NCBI GenBank assembly: GCA_043228905.1
Contig: JBHGNT010000011.1
Coordinates: 16,678,001-16,742,000 of the forward strand
Direction: 5' to 3'
DNA: 64,000 bases
From: Azolla caroliniana
Lineage: Eukaryota; Plantae; Polypodiophyta
A program made the position numbers and the translations under genes. The notes under the pieces were generated by a model. That model was not told where the DNA came from, did no database searches, and worked only from the letters and a program-made list of their open reading frames with translations. Every line of letters begins with the position of its first letter. Within the stretch, counting starts at the first letter, position 1. Shown one piece after another: positions 54,775-64,000 of this stretch.

Positions 54775-56032
54775 ATGGCGAGCATGGGAGGTATACAGAG
54801 TATCCCAGCCACAACAAACGATCTGCAGCTTCAGGATCTCGCCTTGTTTGCTGTCACCGAGCATAATCTAAAGCAGGTCGCCCCTTCTTCTTCTTCTTCG
54901 TCATTTGTAATGCGATCGGCTCATTTGGATTTGCATTTTTTTTTTGTGGCTATTTAACAATTGTTTATGTGTTAGTTAAGGTTTCTGATTTGTATTCTCC
55001 GGAACTTTAAATCGATGTTCTGTTGCAACCATGGTCTGCTCCACTTCATGTCGTGGACATATATACTAGTTAGGACTAGGGTTATGGTTTAGACACGTGA
55101 TTTCCTATTAAATTACCATACGCAAAGGATTCATTGCCGGCGAAGAGTTAGGGCAGGGCTTGTTGAAGTAGGGTCGTATAGTTTTTCAAGGCTAAATATG
55201 CCCATACTCAAATCATCCCTTTATTGTGCAGCTATAGGGCATCGGGTAAATATGTTATTGATTAGGGTTCATTTTTCTCATAGACAGAGGAGTCATTTCA
55301 TTCAAATCAAATTTGTGGCTATTGGAGACTGTGAACAATGGGACTCTTGGGTTTGGAAGGTCAAAACCTGTTTATTTCATATTAATGGTGTTTTCTGTTT
55401 CGATTGCCTTGAATCCTATTATGTCTATCAATAAGATAATGTGATATGTATTTGATTGATTGTAAACAAGTTTTCTTTATCTAAGATCAAGAAAAATCTT
55501 AGATTGCATGTCTTAAGTTGAAGAAACCACATGTTTGGATAGGTTGAGATGATATTGATTGAGTTCATGACCTTCCTCGATCCAAAATTCAAGTGTTATA
55601 TGCTAATTTTTTTGTCGATCACTTGGTTTCTCCGACTAAAACGTATTTATATATGGCAACATAGTCTCCAAGAATGAGAGAATGAGACAATAAACCATAT
55701 ACAAACAAACACATCACAAAATATTAGCTTCGGTCTTCTATTTCTGTAAATGATGGCTTATAATGTATGTTAAAGAAAACCCACATAATTTGAGGGAGTC
55801 CAACCTTGTGTTTGATTTGGTTTTCATGGTTGCTTTCTTGATGCAGAATTCAAACCTTGAATATGTGGCTCTAGTTTCAGCAAAACAACAAGTGGTTGCT
55901 GGTATCATATATTACTTGGAAATCGAGGCGAGTTCTGGAGGGGTGAAAAAGTTGTACGAAGCTAGGATATGGGAGAAGCCATGGTTGAACTTCAAATCTT
56001 TACAAGACTTCAAAGAGAAGCAAATTCCTTGA
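54775..56032 (+). CDS. Phytocystatin (cysteine proteinase inhibitor), 2 exons, 95 aa, no signal peptide
   Basis: Exon 54775-54876 has the N-terminal GG and [10 protein letters not shown] (LARFAV motif). Exon 55847-56032 has QVVAG and KPW. The intron is phase 0, GT-AG. Confidence 0.95.
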
Positions 56033-56472
56033 CTTCTCATGAAAAGATAGGCAAAGTACATGCTCTCTCTCCCTTGAAACACCCTCGAAAAGGTTTAAAT
56101 TATGTTGTAAATGTTAAAAAGTTATGTTTTACGTTTGACATTTTGGTGTTTGCTTCAAATTGTGAGCCGGGGGGAGGTTTGTATTAATGACATACACACA
56201 CTATAGTAAGACACTTCGACTCTTTGTAAATTTATCATTTCCACAAGGTCTATTGTTACGATCTTGACAAAAATAATATAACATTGTTAAGTTAACATAA
56301 ACCATTAAGCAAGTGTGAACAAAGTGTAACTTGAGGGGCAAACCACTACTTTGTGATTCATTCATGTACATGTAACTATGTCAACTATGTGATCATTGGA
56401 GCATTATTTAATGAACTGAAACAAAAATTATATGGGCCATTCATGGTTATCTACACATGCGATTAAGTACAT

Positions 56473-56708
56473 TGTCGTGAAGAATTTCGGCCAGAGGCAA
56501 AAACCGAGGAATATCGGCTACATCGGTTGAGTGCACCATGTGCACTCACCCTCGTGTAATTGTGTGAATAATAGGAGTTAAGTCGGGACGAAGAATCCCA
56601 TGTAAATCAGGATTTATCCCTCTCCTTGTTCTATAAAAGGAAGGGATGGTCCCTTGTGGAGGGGGTTGCCCATTTTGTATTAGTAGGGTATACTGTTAGA
56701 CGGAGTGA

Positions 56709-56776
<68 letters not shown>

Positions 56777-57228
56777 TTAGGGTTTCTTCTTCGTCCTGTG
56801 CGTCGAGCCTTGGCATCTAGCGTTCCAGTTTTTTGCCCTATACTCTGTGCAAGACTCCGCTCGGTGCGACAAGCCCGAGAGCTCCCTGACCGGCGGCTTG
56901 GCAGTAGACAACGGTTGTATCTCATGCGGCCTAGGTCCGGCTTGAAGTCAGTGTTGAATCTCGTTGTCTTGTAAATACATATACATGTGGTTGTGCATAT
57001 TCGGGTCTCTGTTGGTGTGCGTGCGTGTGTCTTAGTGTTTCTTTCTTGCTTATGTACATGTTCGTGTGAGTGTCAATGTTGCACGCCTGCTCACTCTCTC
57101 TCTCCCCCTTCGGTTGCTCCTGGGGTGCCCCGAAAGGGGTGAAGCGTGGCTTCCTACGCTCCGTCACTCCCTAGTCCAAGACCCCCGTGGTCTCGCCTTT
57201 CTACACGCACGTGCGTAACAACGCGACA
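56473..57228 (+). mobile_element. Solo LTR (756 bp)
   Basis: Ends TGTCGTG...CGCGACA form an imperfect terminal inverted repeat. Flanks ACAT/ACGT form a 4-bp TSD with one mismatch. Internally there are CTATAAAAGG, a (CT)n tract and a TGTAAATACA block, and CpG content is higher than the surroundings. Confidence 0.75.
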
Positions 57229-57829
57229 ACGTACCTAGCGATGCAATGATAGATATCCATTGGACTAATTAAAAAATGGTAATGGTTGATCCATCGGGAT
57301 GCAAAATTTTATGAAAGCTTTTTTAAACACGCGTCTTTTTGCTAATTTGTTAACCTTAATATTCAAGATGAATGATGTGCAATATGCTTCGTGTGGGCCA
57401 TAAACCTCAAAAATTTTCATTGCAAAGCAACATGAAGATGTTGGTCTAACGAAATCATTTTGAAAATAAGGTTATGGTTAATTATATTTGAGGGAATAGC
57501 ATGTTACATGCCTATGGTGGATTGACATTGCACTTGAAATATACGATGACAAATAACGCATCACGATGCCTTGAATAAAACTTCCATCGTAAAGTTCTTA
57601 TGATAATGGTCAATAACACATCGTGAATGCCCTAGCACGTTCCCCCACATTTGTGATATACTTGGAAATGTTGTGCACTATCAATTTGTCATTCTCGTAT
57701 CTATATATGCATTAGATTTTGCTATTTCCAAAGGAGTTGGAGCCAATTCCTAATGATCCTCAAACTATGAACATGACATTATACATATATATGACTCTGC
57801 ATTAAGCTCCTTCAATGTCTTCCATATAC

Positions 57830-58730
57830 ATGACGTGTTAGCATAGATTGACATATTCACATTCGTGGCATTGTCTCTCTAAGAGTGAGAGGGATGCATA
57901 CCCTCGCGTTAGCCTATCTTTGGCTGCTTGGGTCATTGATAATTTACTTGAACGAGCACTAAAAGTGACTCCCAAATATACATATGATCTAACTACCTCA
58001 ACTAGTTTATGAGAGAGGAGTAGGTGACACTTACTCCTAACTCAAGACGATGTTTGAAAGATAAGGGCTTTAGTTTTCGTTAGATTCACTAGTAATCCTC
58101 GTTGTGTGCAAAAGTCATCTAGGGCATTAAGGTGCTTTTGTAGGTCATGTTCAGACTCTGAGAGCAAAAATATGTCATCAACATAGAGTAAGAGGTGCCC
58201 CCAATTGTTACTTTGTTGCCTCCCTTACAAGCAATAAAATTAGTGATCTCATCAATGTAGATCCTTGTTTTATGTCGACAGTGTTGACGAAGCAATTAGA
58301 GAGGCCACCTAGGCATCTAACGCACATAGAGACTTGCTCATATAGAGCATAGATGGCCCAAATCATGTCATTTGGTATCTCCAAGCTTCTAAGCCTATCA
58401 AACAACCGCTCCTTGGGAACTTTGTCAAAGGCTTTGCGGAAGTCCACAAAGCAACATATATAAATTTTCCTTGCGAGCCTTCATCTGGTCAATTAAGCAT
58501 CTAAGTGTGAAGATATGGTCAATAACGGAGAAGGCTCGTCTAAAGCCAGCTTGCTCAAGTGCCCGAAGGCTTAAGGTCTCCATATAATCGCTGAGCTCCA
58601 TGGACTTCCTATGTTGTAAATTTTTTATGGCCTTCATGACCCTAGAGGGTCATGAAAAGTGTCTCGGTTTTCCCACAGTCTCTTCCATGCAAGGGCAGAG
58701 TCCCTACTCATGAGCATGTGGTAGAGTTCC
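57830..58730 (-). mobile_element. Degenerate LINE reverse transcriptase fragment
   Basis: QAGFRRAFSVIDHIFTLRCLID; DFRKAFDKVP; IKQGS; LLYVDDIFLLSES. Frameshifted. Confidence 0.88.
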
Positions 58731-59361
58731 CCCTATACATACAATACATATCTACATATATTTGAGATGCTTCCCAAGCTAGCTCGTCTTTTACGACGTG
58801 TCATCGTGCGCATCTCTTTGCGAGCCTCTACCGAAGAAGAAGAAGAAGAAAGAAGAAGAAGAAGAAGAAAGCCAAGTGCGCCAAGGATTTTTGTTTTCAG
58901 AGAAATCAAAAAAAGAGAGAGGGAAAACACACACACACACACACGCACACCGAAGAAAGAAGAAAGAAGAAGAAAGAAGAAAGAAGACAGGGCAGAGCGA
59001 GCGAGCGAGCAACGCCATCAGCAGAAAGAATACAAAGAGGAGGAAGAAGAAGAAGAAGAAGAAGAAGAAGACGAAATAGCAGATAGCGCAGAGAATTTCG
59101 ACAGAAGAACCAGATTACGCAGACGGAAGAAAGAAAACGCAGAAGAAAAAGAAAAAGGAAAAGAAATCTTCCTCTCTCCTGACCTCCCCCGCTCTTTTTT
59201 TTCTTTTTTCTTTTTTTTGTTCCCTTCTGCTACGAATTTCTGTTCAATTGTCGGCGCGCTACTTTAAGAAGGAGCTCCTTGTAGGGATGCGAGGAAATAT
59301 GGAAGAGAACGGCGTTGTGATACAGGCAATGGAGATGGGTCTCGATTAAGGGGCGACCGAG

Positions 59362-62213
59362 ATGGCTTCTAGGAACGGGAGGAAATGGCAACGGAAAGAG
59401 CCTTCCACCCCCACACTCGACAGGCCTTCCAGAGAGCGCAGATCCATTGACCGTTTTGTTGCTTCTGCAGAGAAGGAAGTCAAAGAATTTAAGATCGAGA
59501 AGGTATGCGCGGAACTTTTATCTCTCAAAGGTATATGTAGGTTTCACTTCAGTATGTAATAGGTTATTCATTAAAGACATGGATCCTAATTATGTGATGG
59601 TATTCTATCTCTCAAAGGTATATGTAGGTTTCATTTCAGTATGTAATATAGGTCACTTCATCAAAGTTACACGATGCATAATGTATTCCTATTAATTTGA
59701 GGTATATAGAGAAGATGGAGAGCTGTAGGATTCATTTTGTTTCGGCTAAAATTCCACATTTTCCCATGTTTTCTGCAGGGTTCTGGTACACCCCTTAAGG
59801 ATATCCCTAATGGTAAGATGTTATTGCTGTAAGAACACACCCATGAATCCCTTCAATTGTTGTGAGAATGCCCATCTTTTTATTAATATATGAGATTTGT
59901 AGCATTGCTTCTCTACTTTTAAGTATAGTTTCTATCCTTGTGCACACTACAAGAGTTTCTTGCCAATTTTCTTGCCTGACATGTAATAGTTGGAATTTTT
60001 GTTACAGAAACATCAAAATCATTGTTTTAGGGGTGCAGTTGGTTTGATCAACTTTCTTGCCTGATAAGCAGTAGTTATTCACATCTAGAATTTTTGTTAC
60101 AAAAGCATTGAAATCTCTGTGTTGGAGATGCAATTGCTTTTACCAACTTTCTAGCGTGACAAGTAGTAGTTATTGACATCTAGAATTTTTGTTACAAAAG
60201 CATGGAGATCTCTGTGTTGGGGATGCAATTGCTTTTACCAACTTTCTTGCCTGACAAGTTGAAGTTATTCACACTTAATATACTTGCTCATCAATCATCA
60301 CATACATTTTGTTAGTGTGCATCTTATAAATCTTATAATAGTGTGATGTCTGAAGGCATGATAGTGCAATGTGCTTCTGCAGTGTTTTCATGTAGGGAAA
60401 TTGCATACTGCAGCTGGATATCGTTCTTAAATTAAGTCATAAAAAGCATAGATTTTGTAACTGCTATCATTATATAATGTGATCAATTGCTTATCTCTCG
60501 GTCATGTACATTGTGAATTTTAGTTTCTATATGTCTACACTGTGGTCACAGCTCACTTTTTTTTGCAGTCTCATGTTGCGAAAGGCAACATTCTGCAATT
60601 TCCTGGCTATGTCTGGTCTGCAAATGAGGTATGTAGAGAGTGTACTATTGCAATTTCCATGATATAACTTTGTATTTATTCTCCTAATCAGAAGATACAC
60701 CCCCTTGATAATGTTATTTAGGAAAAGGAGAAGGCAAAGGTCAAGGAAAAGCTAGAGAAGTGTGTGAAAGAAAACCTTATACAAATGAGTGAACTTTTAG
60801 ATATGAATATTTCCAAGTCAAGCAAGAAGGTGAGGTGCTTTGTAAATTGTCTTCACTTTTCCATATGAACAGTTTATGACACCGTTGTTTGATTTCTCAG
60901 GAGGATGCGGTTGTCAAACTGCTAGATTTTTTAGAGTCTCCTCACCAGAAAACTGACAAGCTTATCGAAGAGAGAGTCAAGGTTTGCTTAACCTAAATTT
61001 TTCTAATAAGAAACAGTCTGAAGATATAAAGGAGCTGTTTTTGACTTATTGAATTGGCTTATCTCTTAGGACTCCAAGATGAAGAAGATTAAGAGAAAGC
61101 TTGCAAAAGAAAAGAAGAAAACATCACAAAAAACTCCACAAAAAGTACGTCTTTATCTTCCCATTATCCAAGAGGACTTACTTTGATCAAAGTATGTATT
61201 CATATTGTTGTGGGAAAAATGATTGTGTACAGAGACAAAAGAAGGACTCTAAAGCAGAAAGTGATAATAATAGTTCGGATGAAGAAGTGGATGCTGATAG
61301 TAGTACTGATAACAAGGATAATATAGAAGCAGATGTCGAGTCTGAAGATAACAGTGAGGATGATGATTATGATATTGAATCTAAAGGTTCCAAAAAGAGA
61401 AGGAATTCTGCTAAGAGCTCTACAAGGAAGTTAAAGCACCCAAATGATGATGAAGGTACAATGAAGGTTGCATCCAACAAAAGGGACGCCACTTCAAAAG
61501 CCAATCATGGCGAACTGTTGTTTACTATGTAGCTTTATGAGCCTTTTCTTGGCAGATAGTGAATAATGGGGTATTTCCCAGATTTCCCTGTTTGATAGTT
61601 TGAAAATGTAATGATCTAATTGATGATATAATCTCCTTCCATCAGGTAAGGTACCGAATGTGGAGGCTGAACCCAGTGATGAGAAATTGCAAGTGGTGAT
61701 ACGGGAACTTCTGAAGAATCCAGACTTTACTAAGGTATGAATTATAAGCAGTCTTTCTAGAGCTTTGTATGTTTCCAATGCTGTGTATGTCCTAACGGAG
61801 GCTTTAATGGCCTTGTAGGTGACATTTGCTAACATTCTGAAACAGCTTGGTATGTTATTCCACCTTGATAAGTTGACCCTCTGTTAAAAATCATACTTTA
61901 AACTTGAAAAAAATCTAATATTCTCTTTGCAGGTAAAAAATTTCGGCATGATGTTTTCAGCAGTGAGGAACATGTCAAAGCTCTAATACATGCCGAGATA
62001 GCCATGTTGGCAGAAGGCAGTGATGACGACAGCAAGAATGAGGATAATGGAAATACGGAGAAAGAGATCGATGGTGAATGTGAGGATGGTAGAACTATAC
62101 AGGAAGTTAATGAAGGTGAAAGTGAGGGTGATCAGATTGAAGAAGATAATAAAGGTGAGAATGATGACGGTGAGATTGAGAACAATGGTAGCAAATTCAG
62201 CCTTAGATTTTGA
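59362..62213 (+). CDS. DEK-domain chromatin-associated protein, probably disrupted (possible pseudogene)
   Basis: Exons 59362-59502 (DRPSRERRSIDRF..EFKIEK), 59779-59812 (GSGTPLKDIPN), 60569-60628 (KGNILQFPGYVW), 60722-60829 (EKEKAKVKEKLEKCVKENL), 60901-60981 (KLLDFLESPH), 61070-61144, an acidic exon from ~61233, then DEK_C exons ~61646-61734 (EPSDEKLQVVIRELLKNPDF), 61819-61849 (VTFANILKQL) and 61933-62213. The expected exon between 59812 and 60569 was not found. Confidence 0.8.
59960..60272. repeat. ~97-bp tandem repeat (~3 copies) in a DEK intron
   Basis: CCAACTTTCTTGCCTGACAAG...GAATTTTTGTTACA...GATGCAATTG recurs at ~59963, 60048, 60143 and 60238. Confidence 0.85.
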
Positions 62214-64000
62214 AAAAGTGCAGTCCAAATTCGGTACATTGTATCGAGTCGCACTCCAAACTCGATACAATGTATGGAGTTGGAGTCCCATCTCGATTCA
62301 ATGTATCGAGTTGAGATTCCAACTCGATACATTGTACTGCGGAAAGGGGTTTAGAAACACATTATCCGTACAATTTAGGGTTTAGGTTTACTTGGAGTCG
62401 GTACTAGATGTCTTCTTGCTCGACATGTTGAGTTGTTGGTGGAGTAGGTGTGTGTCGGTGTCCTTTGTGCTCAATTGTCTGTGCTCTGGTGCTCTTGTGT
62501 GCTCTCTGTTCGCCGTGTGCAAGTGAGTTAAAAAAGGAAGTGGTCCTATTTATAGGAGGAAAAGAGTAGGGTTAGTTAAACCTAACTATAGTTACGTTTC
62601 TATTTTGATTTATTACTACTTAATAGATTAGTTTCGAATACATGTGCACTACTTTAAGTGCATGTACTTGTCTATACATAAAACCACTGACTTTTGTGCA
62701 CATGGATTTAGTTGTGCATTTACCTACATTAAATTATTGTTGAATAACAAACTCTTGTATACCTTTTTAGTTATTTTGATAGCATAGAATAAGCTTGAAA
62801 AATGAGCGCATTCAGGAATATTGTATTAGTTTATAGAATATCGAGACCCTACAAAGTGGTAGATAGACTAATGTTGGGAAACAAGGTTCACAAAGTATGT
62901 CACAAAGTCATGAGCTTTCTGTTGATGAGTACAATCCAAATGAGGAATCCACGAGTGTAAGGAATGTGTACCAAAGTTCGACACGTGTTTCAAGTGGTAG
63001 ACAGACTAATGTTGGGAAACAAGGTTCACAAAGTATGTCACTTAGTGATGCATTTACCTACATTTATGTGCACGTGGTGATAGCAAGTATTAAAGTACTT
63101 TTAATACTTGCATAATATTATATGCATATATGTACATGCATAAATAGTTTAAAGTACATGTATGGTTATAAATACTTATATATACATTAATGTTTAGAAA
63201 TATTTATTATCATACCTCTATTTAAATATTTTATACTTATTTTCACTTGTATTTAAATATTTAATACTTATTATTATTTTACTAAAGTACATTTATTAAG
63301 TTAAATATCAATTCATATATGAAAATAAATTTTCTATAGATATTATGAGTCATATATAGGTACTATGTAAGCTTAAAGATCTATGTTTATTGTTGAATAA
63401 CAAACTCTTGTATACCTTTTTACTTACTTTGATAGCATAGAATAAGCTTGAAAAATGAGCCCTAACTAACTGTTTTCTGTGGATAAATACCCATTGGTCA
63501 CAGGTTCTCTTTTCTCTATTGAGGAATATTGTATTAGTTTATCGAATATCGAGATTCTACAAAGTGGTAGACGGACTAATGTTGGGAAACAAGGTCCACA
63601 AAGTATGTCACAGAGTGATGAGTTCTCTGTTGATGAGTACGATCCAAATGAGGAATCAACGAGTGCAAGGAATATGTACCAAAGTTCGACAAGTGTTTCA
63701 AGTAGTAGACAGACTAATGTTGGGAAACAAGGTTCACAAAATATGTCACAAAGTCATGTGTTCTCTGTTGATGAGTACGATCCAAATGAGGAATCGACAA
63801 GTGCAAGGAATGTGTATCAAAGTTCGACAAGTGTTTCAAGTGGTAGACAGACTAATGTTGGGAAACGAGGTTCACAAAGTATGTCACTTAGTGATGCATT
63901 TACCTACATTCAATTATGTGCACCTATTTTTGTGAACTTTTTTATGTGCATGTGGTTTTTAGAATTGTGAATGTGCACTAATTTATGTGCACGTGGTGAT
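62187..64000. mobile_element. Putative DNA transposon end (Mutator/CACTA-like) with palindromic subterminal repeats, running off the window
   Basis: The acidic DEK tail switches abruptly to GGTAGCAAATTCAGCC..., followed by three 31-bp-period palindromes TGTATCGAGT-N10-ACTCGATACA (62240-62331), further hairpins and internal duplications. No transposase was seen. Confidence 0.45.
62853..63890 (+). repeat. 138-bp (46-codon) tandem repeat within a larger duplication (62736-63066 and 63387-63910)
   Basis: The unit AGTGGTAGACAGACTAATGTTGGGAAACAAGG... has period 138, with ~1.4 copies in the first block and ~2.4 in the second. It translates as SGRQTNVGKQGSQSMSQSHEFSVDEYDPNEESTSARNVYQSSTSVS. Confidence 0.92.

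Noticed and set aside
54695-54871. Upstream ATGs as an N-terminal extension or signal peptide for the cystatin
   Set aside because: They are out of frame with the ATG at 54775 (offset 68 from 54707), consist of (TCT)n-derived low-complexity sequence, and may lie upstream of the TSS.
58767-59267. 166-aa charged ORF upstream of DEK
   Set aside because: It is built from (GAA)n and (CA)n microsatellites, has no domain, and ends before the DEK frame.
62240-62331. Palindromic 30-bp repeats resembling CRISPR repeats
   Set aside because: They are separated by only 1 nt with no spacers, and are better explained as TE subterminal repeats.

Overview
This is eukaryotic land-plant nuclear DNA: AT-rich, with GT-AG introns and many microsatellites. 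The gene content (a secreted tandem-DUF3455 protein) and the TE-filled introns suggest a seed-free plant such as a fern, which is an inference. Hand-assembled genes are: the 3' part of chloroplast RNase J with its C-terminal trihelix domain (+), VPS28 (-), proteasome beta-6/PBF1 (-), a RING-H2 E3 ligase (-), an unprocessed RPL5 pseudogene (-), a 4-exon secreted tandem-DUF3455 protein (-), a UBC7/13/14-type E2 (-), a phytocystatin (+) and a probably disrupted DEK-domain gene (+). Between and inside them lie degenerate Copia, LTR and LINE remnants, a solo LTR, a tRNA-like/SINE head and several tandem repeats. The most notable points are: (1) the RING gene appears to initiate at a non-AUG ACG codon that yields an M-G-S-V-C-C dual-lipidation N-terminus; (2) the intact intron-containing tandem DUF3455 gene belongs to a mostly microbial family; (3) a 64-bp VNTR sits directly upstream of the cystatin; (4) a putative DNA transposon supplies the DEK stop codon and carries a 138-bp in-frame repeat. 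No CRISPR array or prokaryotic system is supported. All assignments were made by eye, without database searches.
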